The position numbers and the translations under genes are program-made. A DNA stretch of 64,000 nucleotides. It comes from the human T2T-CHM13v2.0 reference genome, Homo sapiens. A model generated the notes under the pieces. That model did not search any database and was not told the origin of the DNA. It saw only the letters and a list, made by a program, of their open reading frames with translations. The stretch is taken from assembly GCF_009914755.1 (NCBI RefSeq), contig NC_060927.1; one strand, given 5' to 3'. Numbering within the stretch: the stretch's first letter is position 1; every line of letters begins with the position of its first letter. This document shows positions 1-13,700 of this stretch, piece by piece.

Positions 1-338
1 CCGTTTCCAATGAAGGCCTCAAAAAAGTCCAAATATTTACTTGCCGATTCCACAGAAAGAGTGTTTCATAACTGGTCTATCAAAAGAAAGGTTAAACTCA
101 GTGAGTTGAACCCACACATCACAAAGTAGCTTCTGAGAATCATTCAGTCTAGTTCTCCTACGAAGATATTGCCTTTTCTACCATAGGCCTCAAACGGCGC
201 TAAATATCCACCTGGAAATTCTACCAAAACTGAGTTTCAAAAGTGCTCTATTGAAAGGAAGCTTCACCTCTGTGAGTTGAAGGTACACATCACAAAGAAG
301 TTTCTGAGAATTCTTCTGTCTAGTTGTAAATGCAGAAA

Positions 339-355
339 TCACGTTTCAAACGAAG
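339..355 (-). other. Degenerate CENP-B box, monomer 3 (example; repeated in every HOR)
   Basis: + strand TCACGTTTCAAACGAAG versus required nCCCGnnTnnnnCGAAn (reverse complement of nTTCGnnnnAnnCGGGn): CCCG>CACG, one essential mismatch. Confidence 0.85.
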
Positions 356-848
356 GCCACAAAGAGGTCCAAATATCCAGCTGCAGATTCTGTAAAAAGA
401 GGGTTTGAAAACTGCTCCATCAAGAGGAATGTTCAACTCTGTGCGTTGAACGCAAATATCACAAATAAGTTTCTGACAATACTTCTGTCTAGCTTTTATG
501 TGAAGATATTTCCTTTCCTACTGTAGGCCTCAAAACGCTCTAAATATACACTTTCAAATTCCACAAAAAGAGTGTTTCCAAACTGCTCTATCAAAGGAAG
601 TTTAAACTCTGTCAGCTTAATGCAAGCATCACAAAACAGCTTCGGAGAATGAATCTGCCTAGTTTTTCTGGGAAGATATTTCTTTTTCTGCCATAGACCT
701 CAAACCGCGGTAAAAATCCACTTGGAAATTCTACAAAAAGAGTATTTCAAAATTCTTCTATCGAAAGGAAGTCTCAACTCCATGAGTTAAATGCACATAT
801 CACAAATAATTTTCTGAGGATTCTTCTTTCAAGTTTTATATGAAGAAA

Positions 849-865
849 TCCCGTTTCCAAAGATG
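849..865 (-). other. Degenerate CENP-B box, monomer 6 (example)
   Basis: TCCCGTTTCCAAAGATG: CGAA>AGAT, two essential mismatches. Confidence 0.85.
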
Positions 866-1019
866 GCCTCAGAAAAGTCCCAATATACACTTGCAGATTC
901 TACAAAAAGAGTTTTTCAAAACTGCTCTACCAAAAGGAAGGTTAAACTCTGTGAGTTGAAGGCACACATCACAAAGTAGTTTCTGAGAATCATTCTGTCT
1001 AGTTTTTCTATGAAGATAT

Positions 1020-1036
1020 TGCCTTTTCCACCATAG
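1020..1036. other. A-box / pJ-alpha-like site in A-type monomer 7 (example; more diverged versions in monomers 2, 4, 5, 9, 10)
   Basis: TGCCTTTTCCACCATAG, one mismatch from the pJ-alpha motif as I recall it (TTCCTTTTYCACCRTAG). It lies at the monomer position equivalent to the B-box. Confidence 0.7.
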
Positions 1037-1188
1037 GCCTCAGACGGCGCTAAATATCCACTTGGAAATTCTACAAAAAGAGAGTTACTAAACGGCTCTA
1101 TCGAAAGGAAGCTTCAACGCTGCGAGTTGAAAGCACACATCACGAAGAAGTTTATGAGAATTCTTCTGTCTACTTTTGTATGAAGCAG

Positions 1189-1205
1189 TCACGTTTCAAA
1201 AGAAG
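1189..1205 (-). other. Degenerate CENP-B box, monomer 8 (example)
   Basis: TCACGTTTCAAAAGAAG here (TCACGTTTCAAACGAAG in most copies): CCCG>CACG, plus CGAA>AGAA in this copy. Confidence 0.85.
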
Positions 1206-1697
1206 GCCACAACGAGGTCCAAATATCCACTTGGAGATTCAACAAAAAGAGTTTTTCAAAACTGCTCTGTCAAGAGGAATATTCAACTCTGCGAGTTGAA
1301 GGCTGGTATCACAAAGTAGTTCCCGACAATGCTTCTGTCTAGATTTTATGCGAAGACATTCCCTTTTGTACCACAGGCCTGAAAGCACTCTAAATATAGA
1401 ATTGCAAATTCCACAAAAAGAGTGTTGAAAACCGCTCTATCCAAAGAAAGGTTAAACTCTGTCAGCTGAATGCGCACATCACAGAGCAGCTTCAGAGAAC
1501 AATTATGTCTAGTTTTTCTGTGAAGATAGTTTCTCTTCTACATAGGCCTGAAACCGCTCTAAATATTCACTTGGTAATTCTACAAATAGAATATTTCAAC
1601 CCTCTTCTATCAAAAGGAAGGTTGAACTCTGAGAGTTAAACGCATACATCACAGAGAAGTTTCTGAGAATTCTTCTGTCAAGGTTTATATGAAGAAA

Positions 1698-1714
1698 CCC
1701 CGTTTCCAATGAAG
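1698..1714 (-). other. Degenerate CENP-B box, monomer 1 (example)
   Basis: CCCCGTTTCCAATGAAG: CGAA>TGAA, a single CpG>TpG change at an essential position. Confidence 0.85.
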
Positions 1715-4700
1715 GCCTCAAAAAAGTCCAAATATTTACTTGCCGATTCCACAGAAAGAGTGTTTCATAACTGGTCTATCAAAAGAAAGGTTAAACTCAG
1801 TGAGTTGAAGCCACACATCACAAAGTAGCTTCTGAGAATCATTCTGTCTAGTTCTCCTACGAAGATATTGCCTTTTCTACCATAGACCTCAAACGGCGCT
1901 AAATATCCACCTGGAAATTCTACCAAAACTGAGTTTCAAAAGTGCTCTATTGAAAGGAAGCTTCACCTCTGTGAGTTGAAGGTACACATCACAAAGAAGA
2001 TCTGAGAATTCTTCTGTCTAGTTGTAAATGCAGAAATCACGTTTCAAACGAAGGCCACAAAGAGGTCCAAATATCCAGCTGCAGATTCTGTAAAAAGAGG
2101 GTTTGAAAACTGCTCCATCAAGAGGAATGTTCAACTCTGTGCGTTGAATGCAAATATCACAAATAAGTTTCTGACAATACTTCTGTCTAGTTTTTATGTG
2201 AAGATATTTCCTTTCCTACTGTAGGTCTCAAAACGCTCTAAATATACACTTGCAAATTCCACAAGAAGAGTGGTTCCAAGCTGCTCTATCAAAAAAAGTT
2301 TAAACTCTGTCAGCTTAATGCAAGCATCACAAAACAGCTTCGGAGAATGAATCTGCCTAATTTTTCTGGGAAGATATTTCTTTTTCTGCAATAGACCTCA
2401 AACCGCTGTAAAAATCCACTTGGAAATTCTACAAAAAGAGTATTTCAAAACTCTTCTATCGAAAGGAAGTCTCAACTCCATGAGTTAAATGCACATATCA
2501 CAAATAATTTTCTGAGGATTCTTCTTTCAAGTTTTATATGAAGAAATCCCGTTTCCAAAGATGGCCTCAGAAAAGTCCCAATATACACTTGCAGATTCTA
2601 CAAAAAGAGTTTTTCAAAACTGCTCTACCAAGAGGAAGGTTAAACTCTGTGAGTTGAAGGCACACATCACAAAGTAGTTTCTGAGAATCATTCTGTCTAG
2701 TTTTTCTATGAAGATATTGCCTTTTCCACCATAGGCCTCAAACGGCGCTAAATATCCACTTGGAAATTCTACAAAAAGAGAGTTACTAAACTGCTCTATC
2801 GAAAGGAAGCTTCAACGCTGCGAGTTGAAAGCACACATCACCAAGAAGTTTATGAGAATTCTTCTGTCTACTTTTGTATGAAGCAGTCACGTTTCAAACG
2901 AAGGCCACAAAGAGGACCAAATATCCACTTGGAGATTCAACAAAAAGTGTTTTTCAAAACTGCTCCTTCAAGAGGAATATTCAACTCTGAGAGTTGAAGC
3001 CATGTATCACAAAGTAGTTACCGACAATGCTTCTGTCTAGATTTTATGTGAAGACATTCCCTTTTGTACCACAGGCCTGAAAGCACTCTAAATATAGAAT
3101 TGCAAATTCCACAAAAAGAGTGTTGAAAACCGCTCTATCCAAAGAAAGGTTAAACTCTGTCAGCTGAATGCGCACATCACAGAGCAGCTTCAGAGAACAG
3201 TTATGTCTAGTTTTTCTGTGAAGATAGTTTCTCTTCTACATAGGCCTGAAACCGCTCTAAATATTCACTTGAAAATTCTACAAAAAGAATATTTCAACAC
3301 TCTTCTATCAAAAGGAAGGTTGAACTCTGAGAGTTAAACGCACACATCACAGAGAAGTTTCTGAGAATTCTTTTGTCAAGGTTTATATGAAGAAACCCCG
3401 TTTCCAATGAAGGCCTCAAAAAAGTCCAAATATTTACTTGCAGATTCCACAGAAAGAGTGTTTCATAACTGGTCTATCAAAAGAAAGGTTAAACTCAGTG
3501 AGTTGAACCCACACATCACAAAGTAGCTTCTGAGAATCATTCTGTCTAGTTCTCCTACGAAGATATTGCCTTTTCTACCATAGGCCTCAAACGGCGCTAA
3601 ATATCCACCTGGAAATTCTACCAAAACTGAGTTTCAAAAGTGCTCTATTGAAAGGAAGCTTCACCTCTGTGGGTTGAAGGTACACATCACAAAGAAGTTT
3701 CTGAGAATTCTTCTGTCTAGTTGTAAATGCAGAAATCACGTTTCAAACGAAGGCCACAAAGAGGTCCAAATATCCAGCTGCAGATTCTGCAAAAAGAGGG
3801 TTTCAAATCTGCTCCATCAAGAGGAATGTTCAACTCTGTGCGTTGAATGCAAATATCACAAATAATTTTCTGACAATACTTCTGTCTAGCTTTTATGTGA
3901 AGATATTTCCTTTCCTACTGTAGGCCTCAAAACGCTCTAAATATACACTTGCAAATTCCACAAAAAGAGTGTTTCCAAACTGCTCTATCAAAAAAAGTTT
4001 AAACTCTGTCAGCTTAATGCAAGCATCACAAAACAGCTTCGGAGAATGAATCTGCCTAGTTTTTCTGTGAAGATATTCCTTTTTCTGCCATAGACCTCAA
4101 ACCGCTGTAAAAATCCACTTGGAAATTCTACAAAAAGAGTATTTCAAAACTCTTCTATCGAAAGGAAATCTCAACTCCATGAGTTAAATGCAGATATCAC
4201 AAATAATTTTCTGAGGATTCTTCTTTCAAGTTTTATATGAAGAAATCCCGTTTCCAAAGATGGCCTCAGAAAAGTCCCAATATACACTTGCAGATTCTAC
4301 AAAAAGCGTTTTTCAAAACTGCTCTACCAAAAGGAAGGTTAAACTCTGTGAGTTGAAGGCACACATCACAAAGTAGTTTCTGAGAATCATTCTGTCTAGT
4401 TTTTCTATGAAGATATTGCCTTTTCCACCATAGGCCTCAAACGGCGCTAAATATCCACTTGGAAATTCTACAAAAAGAGAGTTACTAAACTGCTCTATCG
4501 AAAGGAAGCTTCAACGCTGCGAGTTGAAAGCACACATCACGAAGAAGTTTATGAGAATTCTTCTGTCTACTTTTGTATGAAGCAGTCACGTTTCAAACGA
4601 AGGCCACAAAGAGGACCAAATATCCACTTGGAGATTCAACAAAAAGAGTTTTTCAAAAGTGCTCCTTCAAGAGGAATATTCAACTTGAGAGTTGAAGGCA

Positions 4701-7700
4701 GGTATCACAAAGTAGTTCCCGACAATGCTTCTGTCTAGATTTTATGTGAAGACATTCCCTTTTGTACCACATGCCTGAAAGCCCTCTATATATAGAATTG
4801 CAAATTCCACAAAATATTGTTGAAAACCGCTCTATCCAAAGAAAGGTTAAAATCTGTCAGCTGAATGCGCACATCACAGAGCAGCTTCAGAGAACAGTTA
4901 TGTCTAGATTTTCTGTGAAGATAGTTTCTCTTCTACATAGGCCTGTAACCGCTCTAAATATTCACTTGGAAATTCTACAAAAAGAATATTTCAACACTCT
5001 TCTATCAAAAGGAAGGTGGAACTCTGAGAGTTAAACGCACACATCACAGAGAAGTTTCTGAGAATTCTTCTGTCAAGGTTTATATGAAGAAAGCCCGTTT
5101 CCAATGAAGGCCTCAAAAAAGTCCAAATATTTACTTGCCGATTCCACAGAAAGAGTGTTTCATAACTGGTCTATCAAAAGAAAGGTTAAACTCAGTGAGT
5201 TGAACCCACACATCACAAAGTAGCTTCTGAGAATCATTCTGTCTAGTTCTCCTACGAAGATATTGCCTTTTCTACCATAGGCCTCAAACGGCGCTAAATA
5301 TCCACCTGGAAATTCTACCAAAACTGAGTTTCAAAAGTGCTCTATTGAAAGGAAGCTTCACCTCTGTGGGTTGAAGGTACACATCACAAAGAAGTTTCTG
5401 AGAATTCTTCTGTCTAGTTGTAAATGCAGAAATCACGTTTCAAACGAAGGCCACAAAGAGGTCCAAATATCCAGCTGCAGATTCTGCAAAAAGAGGGTTT
5501 CAAATCTGCTCCATCAAGAGGAATGTTCAACTCTGTGCGTTGAATGCAAATATCACAAATAAGTTTCTGACAATACTTCTGTCTAGTTTTTATGTGAAGA
5601 TATTTCCTTTCCTACTGTAGGCCTCAAAACGCTCTAAATATACACTTGCAAATTCCACAAAAAGAGTGTTTCCAAACTGCTCTATCAAAGGAAGTTTAAA
5701 CTCTGTCAGCTTAATGCAAGCATCACAAAACAGCTTCGGAGAATGAATCTGCCTAGTTTTTCTGTGAAGATATTTCTTTTTCTGCCATAGACCTCAAACC
5801 GCTGTAAAAATCCACTTGGAAATTCTACAAAAAGAGTATTTCAAAACTCTTCTATCGAAAGGAAGTCTCAACTCCATGAGTTAAATGCACATATCACAAA
5901 TAATTTTCTGAGGATTCTTCTTTCAAGTTTTATATGAAGAAATCCCGTTTCCAAAGATGGCCTCAGAAAAGTCCCAATATACACTTGCAGATTCTACAAA
6001 AAGAGTTTTTCAAAACTGCTCTACCAAGAGGAAGGTTAAACACTGTGAGTTGAAGGCACACATCACAAAGTAGTTTCTGAGAATCATTCTGTCTAGTTTT
6101 TCTATGAAGATATTGCCTTTTCCACCATAGGCCTCAAACGGCGCTAAATATCCACTTGGAAATTCTACAAAAAGAGAGTTACTAAACTGCTCTATCGAAA
6201 GGAAGCTTCAACGCTGCGAGTTGAAAGCACACATCACCAAGAAGTTTATGAGAATTCTTCTGTCTACTTTTGTATGAAGCAGTCACGTTTGAAACGAAGG
6301 CCACAAAGAGGACCAAATATCCACTTGGAGATTCAACAAAAAGTGTTTTTCAAAACTGCTCCTTCAAGAGGAATATTCAACTCTGAGAGTTGAAGCCATG
6401 TATCACAAAGTAGTTACCGACAATGCTTCTGTCTAGATTTTATGTGAAGACATTCCCTTTTGTACCACAGGCCTGAAAGCACTCTAAATATAGAATTGCA
6501 AATTCCACAAAAAGAGTGTTGAAAACCGCTCTATCCAAAGAAAGGTTAAACTCTGTCAGCTGAATGCGCACATCACAGAGCAGCTTCAGAGAACAGTTAT
6601 GTCTAGTTTTTCTGTGAAGATAGTTTCTCTTCTACATAGGCCTGAAACCGCTCTAAATATTCACTTGGAAATTCTACAAAAAGAATATTTCAACACTCTT
6701 CTATCAAAAGGAAGGTTGAACTCTGAGAGTTAAACGCACACATCACAGAGAAGTTTCTGAGAATTCTTCTGTCAAGGTTTATATGAAGAAACCCCGTTTC
6801 CAATGAAGGCCTCAAAAAAGTCCAAATATTTACTTGCCGATTCCACAGAAAGAGTGTTTCATAACTGGTCTATCAAAAGAAAGGTTAAACTCAGTGAGTT
6901 GAACCCACACATCACAAAGTAGCTTCTGAGAATCATTCTGTCTAGTTCTCCTACGAAGATATTGCCTTTTCTACCATAGGCCTCAAACGGCGCTAAATAT
7001 CCACCTGGAAATTCTACCAAAACTGAGTTTCAAAAGTGCTCTATTGAAAGGAAGCTTCACCTCTGTGGGTTGAAGGTACACATCACAAAGAAGTTTCTGA
7101 GAATTCTTCTGTCTAGTTGTAAATGCAGAAATCACGTTTCAAACGAAGGCCACAAAGAGGTCCAAATATCCAGCTGCAGATTCTGCAAAAAGAGGGTTTC
7201 AAATCTGCTCCATCAAGAGGAATGTTCAACTCTGTGCGTTGAATGCAAATATCACAAATAATTTTCTGACAATACTTCTGTCTAGCTTTTATGTGAAGAT
7301 ATTTCCTTTCCTACTGTAGGCCTCAAAACGCTCTAAATATACACTTGCAAATTCCACAAAAAGAGTGTTTCCAAACTGCTCTATCAAAGGAAGTTTAAAC
7401 TCTGTCAGCTTAATGCAAGCATCACAAAACAGCTTCGGAGAATGAATCTGCCTAGTTTTTCTGTGAAGATATTTCTTTTTCTGCCATAGACCTCAAACCG
7501 CTGTAAAAATCCACTTGGAAATTCTACAAAAAGAGTATTTCAAAACTCTTCTATCGAAAGGAAGTCTCAACTCCATGAGTTAAATGCACATATCACAAAT
7601 AATTTTCTGAGGATTCTTCTTTCAAGTTTTATATGAAGAAATCCCGTTTCCAAAGATGGCCTCAGAAAAGTCCCAATATACACTTGCAGATTCTACAAAA

Positions 7701-10700
7701 AGAGTTTTTCAAAACTGCTCTACCAAGAGGAAGGTTAAACACTGTGAGTTGAAGGCACACATCACAAAGTAGTTTCTGAGAATCATTCTGTCTAGTTTTT
7801 CTATGAAGATATTGCCTTTTCCACCATAGGCCTCAAACGGCGCTAAATATCCACTTGGAAATTCTACAAAAAGAGAGTTACTAAACTGCTCTATCGAAAG
7901 GAAGCTTCAACGCTGCGAGTTGAAAGCACACATCACCAAGAAGTTTATGAGAATTCTTCTGTCTACTTTTGTATGAAGCAGTCACGTTTCAAACGAAGGC
8001 CACAAAGAGAACCAAATATCCACTTGGAGATTCAACAAAAAGTGTTTTTCAAAACTGCTCCTTCAAGAGGAATATTCAACTCTGAGAGTTGAAGCCATGT
8101 ATCACAAAGTAGTTACCGACAATGCTTCTGTCTAGATTTTATGTGAAGACATTCCCTTTTGTACCACAGGCCTGAAAGCACTCTAAATATAGAATTGCAA
8201 ATTCCACAAAAAGAGTGTTGAAAACCGCTCTATCCAAAGAAAGGTTAAACTCTGTCAGCTGAATGCGCACATCACAGAGCAGCTTCAGAGAACAGTTATG
8301 TCTAGTTTTTCTGTGAAGATAGTTTCTCTTCTACATAGGCCTGAAACCGCTCTAAATATTCACTTGGAAATTCTACAAAAAGAATATTTCAACACTCTTC
8401 TATCAAAAGGAAGGTTGAACTCTGAGAGTTAAACGCACACATCACAGAGAAGCTTCTGAGAATTCTTCTGTCAAGGTTTATATGAAGAAACCCCGTTTCC
8501 AATGAAGGCCTCAAAAAAGTCCAAATATTTACTTGCCGATTCCACAGAAAGAGTGTTTCATAACTGGTCTATCAAAAGAAAGGTTAAACTCAGTGAGTTG
8601 AACCCACACATCACAAAGTAGCTTCTGAGAATCATTCTGTCTAGTTCTCCTACGAAGATATTGCCTTTTCTACCATAGGCCTCAAACGGCGCTAAATATC
8701 CACCTGGAAATTCTACCAAAACTGAGCTTCAAAAGTGCTCTATTGAAAGGAAGCTTCACCTCTGTGAGTTGAAGGTACACATCACAAAGAAGTTTCTGAG
8801 AATTCTTCTGTCTAGTTGTAAATGCAGAAATCACGTTTCAAACGAAGGCCACAAAGAGGTCCAAATATCCAGCTGCAGATTCTGCAAAAAGAGGGTTTGA
8901 AAACTGCTCCATCAAGAGGAATGTTCAACTCTGTGCGTTGAATGCAAATATCACAAATAAGTTTCTGACAATACTTCTGTCTAGTTTTTATGTGAAGATA
9001 TTTCCTTTCCTACTGTAGGCCTCAAAACGCTCTAAATATACACTTGCAAATTCCACAATAAGAGTGTTTCCAAACTGCTCTATCAAAGGAAGTTTAAACT
9101 CTGTCAGCTTAATGCAAGCATCACAAAACAGCTTCGGAGAATGAATCTGTCTAGTTTTTCTGTGAAGATATTTCTTTTTCTGCCATAGACTTCAAACCGC
9201 TGTAAAAATCCACTTGGAAATTCTACAAAAAGAGTATTTCAAAACTCTTCTATCGAAAGGAAGTCTCAACTCCATGAGTTAAATGCACATATCACAAATA
9301 ATTTTCTGAGGATTCTTCTTTCAAGTTTTATATGAAGAAATCCCGTTTCCAAAGATGGCCTCAGAAAAGTCCCAATATACACTTGCAGATTCTACAAAAA
9401 GCGTTTTTGAAAACTGCTCTACCAAAAGGAAGGTTAAACTCTGTGAGTTGAAGGCACACATCACAAAGTAGTTTCTGAGAATCATTCTGTCTAGTTTTTC
9501 TATGAAGATATTGCCTTTTTCATCATAGGCCTCAAGCGGCGCTAAATATCCACTTGGAAATTCTACAAAAAGAGAGTTACTAAACTGCTCTATCGAAAGG
9601 AACCTTCAACGCTGCGAGTTGAAAGCACACATCACGAAGAAGTTTATGAGAATTCTTCTGTCTACTTTTGTATGAAGCAGTCACGTTTCAAACGAAGGCC
9701 ACAAAGAGGTCCAAATATCCACTTGGAGATACAACAAAAAGAGTTTTTCAAAACTGCTCCGTCAAGAGGAATATTCAACTCTGCGAGTTGAAGGCTGGTA
9801 TCACAAAGTAGTTCCCGACAATGCTTCTGTCTAGATTTTATGTGAAGACATTCCCTTTTGTACCACAGGCCTGAAAACACTCTAAATAAAAAATTGCAAA
9901 TTCCACAAAAAGAGTGTTGAAGACCGCTCTATCCAAAGAAAGGTTAAACTCTGTCAGCTGAATGCGCACATCACAGAGCAGCTTCAGAGAACAGTTATGT
10001 CTAGTTTTTCTGTGAAGATAGTTTCTCTTCTACATAGGCCTGAAACCGCTCTAAATATTCACTTGGAAATTCTACAAAAAGAATATTTCAACACTCTTCT
10101 ATCAAAAGGAAGGTTGAACTCTGAGAGTTAAACGCACACATCACAGAGAAGTTTCTGAGAATTCTTCTGTCAAGGTTTATATGAAGAAAACCCGTTTCCA
10201 ATGAAGGCCTCAAAAAAGTCCAAATATTTACTTGCCGATTCCACAGAAAGAGTGTTTCATAACTGGTCTATCAAAAGAAAGGTTAAATTCAGTGAGTTGA
10301 ACCCACACATCACAAAGTAGCTTCTGAGAATCATTCTGTCTAGTTCTCCTACGAAGATATTGCCTTTTCTACCATAGGCCTCAAACGGCGAAAAATATCC
10401 ACCTGGAACTTCTACCAAAACTGAGTTTCAAAAGTGCTCTATTGAAAGGAAGCTTCACCTCTGTGAGTTGAAGGTACACATCACCAAGAAGTTTCTGAGA
10501 ATTCTTCTGTCTAGTTGTAAATGAAGAAATCACGTTTCAAACGAAGGCCACAAAGAGGTCCAAATATCCACCTGCAGATTCTGCAAAAAGAGGGTTTGAA
10601 AACTGCTCCATCAAGAGGAATGTTCAACTCTGTGCGTTGAATGCAAATATCACAAATAAGTTTCTGACAATACTTCTGTCTAGTTTTAATGTGAAGATAT

Positions 10701-13700
10701 TTCCTTTCCTACTGTAGGCCTCAAAACGCTCTAAATATACACTTGCAAATTCCACAAAAAGAGTGTTTCCAAACTGCTCTATCAAAGGAAGTTTAATCTC
10801 TGTCAGCTTAATACAAGCATCACAAAACAGCTTCGGAGAATGAATCTGCCTAGTTTTTCTGTGAAGATATTTCTTTTTCTGCCATAGACCTCAAACCGCT
10901 GTAAAAATCCACTTGGAAATTCTACAAAAAGAGTATTTCAAAACTCTTCTATCGAAAGGAAGTCTCAACTCCATGAGTTAAATGCACATATCACAAATAA
11001 TTTTCTGAGGATTCTTCTTTCAAGTTTTATATGAAGAAATCCCGTTTCCAAAGATGGCCTCAGAAAAGTCCCAATATACACTTGCAGATTCTACAAAAAG
11101 AGTTTTTCAAAACTGCTCTACCAAAAGGTAGGTTAAACACTGTGAGTTGAAGGCACACATCACAAAGTAGTTTCTGAGAATCATTCTGTCTAGTTTTTCT
11201 ATGAAGATATTGCCTTTTCCACCATAGGCCTCAGACAGCGCTAAATATCCACTTGGAAATTCTACAAAAAGAGAGTTACTAAACTGCTCTATCGAAAGGA
11301 AGCTTCAACGCTGCGAGTTGAAAGCACACATCACGAAGAAGTTTATGAGAATTCTTCTGTCTACTTTTGTATGAAGCAGTCACGTTTCAAACGAAGGCCA
11401 CAACGAGGTCCAAATATCCACTTGGAGATTCAACAAAAAGAGTTTTTCAAAACTGCTCCGTCAAGAGGACTATTCAACTCTGAGAGTTGAAGGCTGGTAT
11501 CACAAAGTAGTTCCCGACAATGCTTCTGTCTAGATTTTATGCGAAGACATTCCCTTTTGTACCACAGGCCTGAAAGCACTCTAAATATAGAATTGCAAAT
11601 TCCACAAAAAGAGTGTTGAAAACCGCTCTATCCAAAGAAAGGTTAAACTCTGTCAGCTGAATGCACACATCACAGAGCAGCTTCAGAGAACAATTATGTC
11701 TAGTTTTTCTGTGAAGATAGTTTCTCTTCTACATAGGCCTGAAACCGCTCTAAATATTCACTTGGTAATTCTACAAAAAGAATATTTCAACACTCTTCTA
11801 TCAAAAGGAAGGTTGAACTCTGAGAGTTAAACGCACACATCACAGAGAAGTTTCTGAGAATTCTTCTGTCAAGGTTTATATGAAGAAACCCCGTTTCCAA
11901 TGAAGGCCTCAAAAAAATCCAAATATTTACTTGCCGATTCCACAGAAAGAGTGTTTCATAACTGGTCTATCAAAAGAAAGGTTAAACTCAGTGAGTTGAA
12001 CCCACTCATCACAAAGTAGCTTCTGAGAATCATTCTGTCTAGTTCTCCTACGAAGATATTGCCTTTTCTACCATAGGCCTCAAACGGCGCTAAATATCCA
12101 CCTGGAAATTCTACCAAAACTGAGTTTCAAAAGTGCTCTATTGAAAGGAAGCTTCACCTCTGTCAGTTGAAGGTACACATCACAAAGAAGTTCCTGAGAA
12201 TTCTTCTGTCTAGTTGTAAAAGCAGAAATCAAGTTTCAAACGAAGGCCACAAAGAGGTCCAAATATCCTGCTGCAGATTCTGCAAAAAGAGGGTTTCAAA
12301 TCTGCTCCATCAAGAGGAATGTTCAACTCTGTGCGTTGAATGCAAATATCACAAATAAGTTTCTGACAATACTTCTGTCTAGTTTTTATGTGAAGATATT
12401 TCCTTTCATACTGTAGGCCTCAAAACGCTCTAAATATACACTTGCAAATTCCACAAAAAGAGTGTTTCCAAACTGCTCTATCAAAGGAAGTTTAAACTCT
12501 GTCAGCTTAATGCAAGCATCACAAAACAGCTTCAGAGAATGAATCTGCCTAGTTTTTCTGTGAAGATATTTCTTTTTCTGCCATAGACCTCAAACCGCGG
12601 TAAAAATCCACTTGGAAATTCTACAAAAAGAGTATTTCAAAACTCTTCTATCGAAAGGAAGTCTCAACTCCATGAGTTAAATGCACATATCACAAATAAT
12701 TTTCTGAGGATTCTTCTTTCAAGTTTTATATGAAGAAATCCCGTTTCCAAAGATGGCCTCAGAAAAGTCCCAATATACACTTGCAGATTCTACAAAAAGA
12801 GTTTTTCAAAACTGCTCTACCAAAAGGAAGGTTAAACTCTGTGAGTTGAAGGCACACATCACAAAGTAGTTTCTGAGAATCATTCTGTCTAGTTTTTCTA
12901 TGAAGATATTGCCTTTTCCACCATAGGCCTCAAACGGCGCTAAATATCCACTTGGAAATTCTACAAAAAGAGAGTTACTAAACTGCTCTATCGAAAGGCA
13001 GCTTCAACGCTGCGAGTTGAAAGCACACATCACGAAGAAGTTTATGAGAATTCTTCTGTCTACTTTTGTATGAAGCAGTCACGTTTCAAACGAAGGCCAC
13101 AAAGAGGTCCAAATATCCACTTGGAGATTCAACAAAAAGAGTTTTTCAAAACTGCTCCATCAAGAGGAATATTCAACTCTGCGAGTTGAAGGCTGGTATC
13201 ACAAAGTAGTTCCCGACAATGCTTCTGTCTAGATTTTATGCGAAGACATTCCCTTTTGTACCACAGGCCTGAAAGCACCCTAAATATAGAATTGCAAATT
13301 CCACAAAAAGAGTGTTGAAAACCGCTCTATCCAAAGAAAGGTTAAACTCTGTCAGCTGAATGCGCACATCACAGAGCAGCTTCAGAGAACAATTATGTCT
13401 AGTTTTTCTGTGAAGATAGTTTCTCTTCTACATAGGCCTGAAACCGCTCTAAATATTCACTTGGTAATTCTACAAAAAGAATATTTCAACACTCTTCTAT
13501 CAAAAGGAAGGTTGAACTCTGAGAGTTAAACGCACACATCACAGAGAAGTTTCTGAGAATTCTTCTGTCAAGGTTTATATGAAGAAACCCCGTTTCCAAT
13601 GAAGGCCTCAAAAAAGTCCAAATATTTACTTGCCGATTCCACAGAAAGAGTGTTTCATAACTGGTCTATCAAAAGAAAGGTTAAACTCAGTGAGTTGAAC

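Larger units (their letters stand above)
1..1699. repeat. Representative canonical 10-mer HOR unit (1699 bp)
   Basis: CCGTTTCCAATGAAGGCCTCAAAAAAGTCC at 1 recurs at 1700. Ten monomers lie in between, each more similar to its counterpart 1.7 kb away than to its neighbours. Confidence 0.97.
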
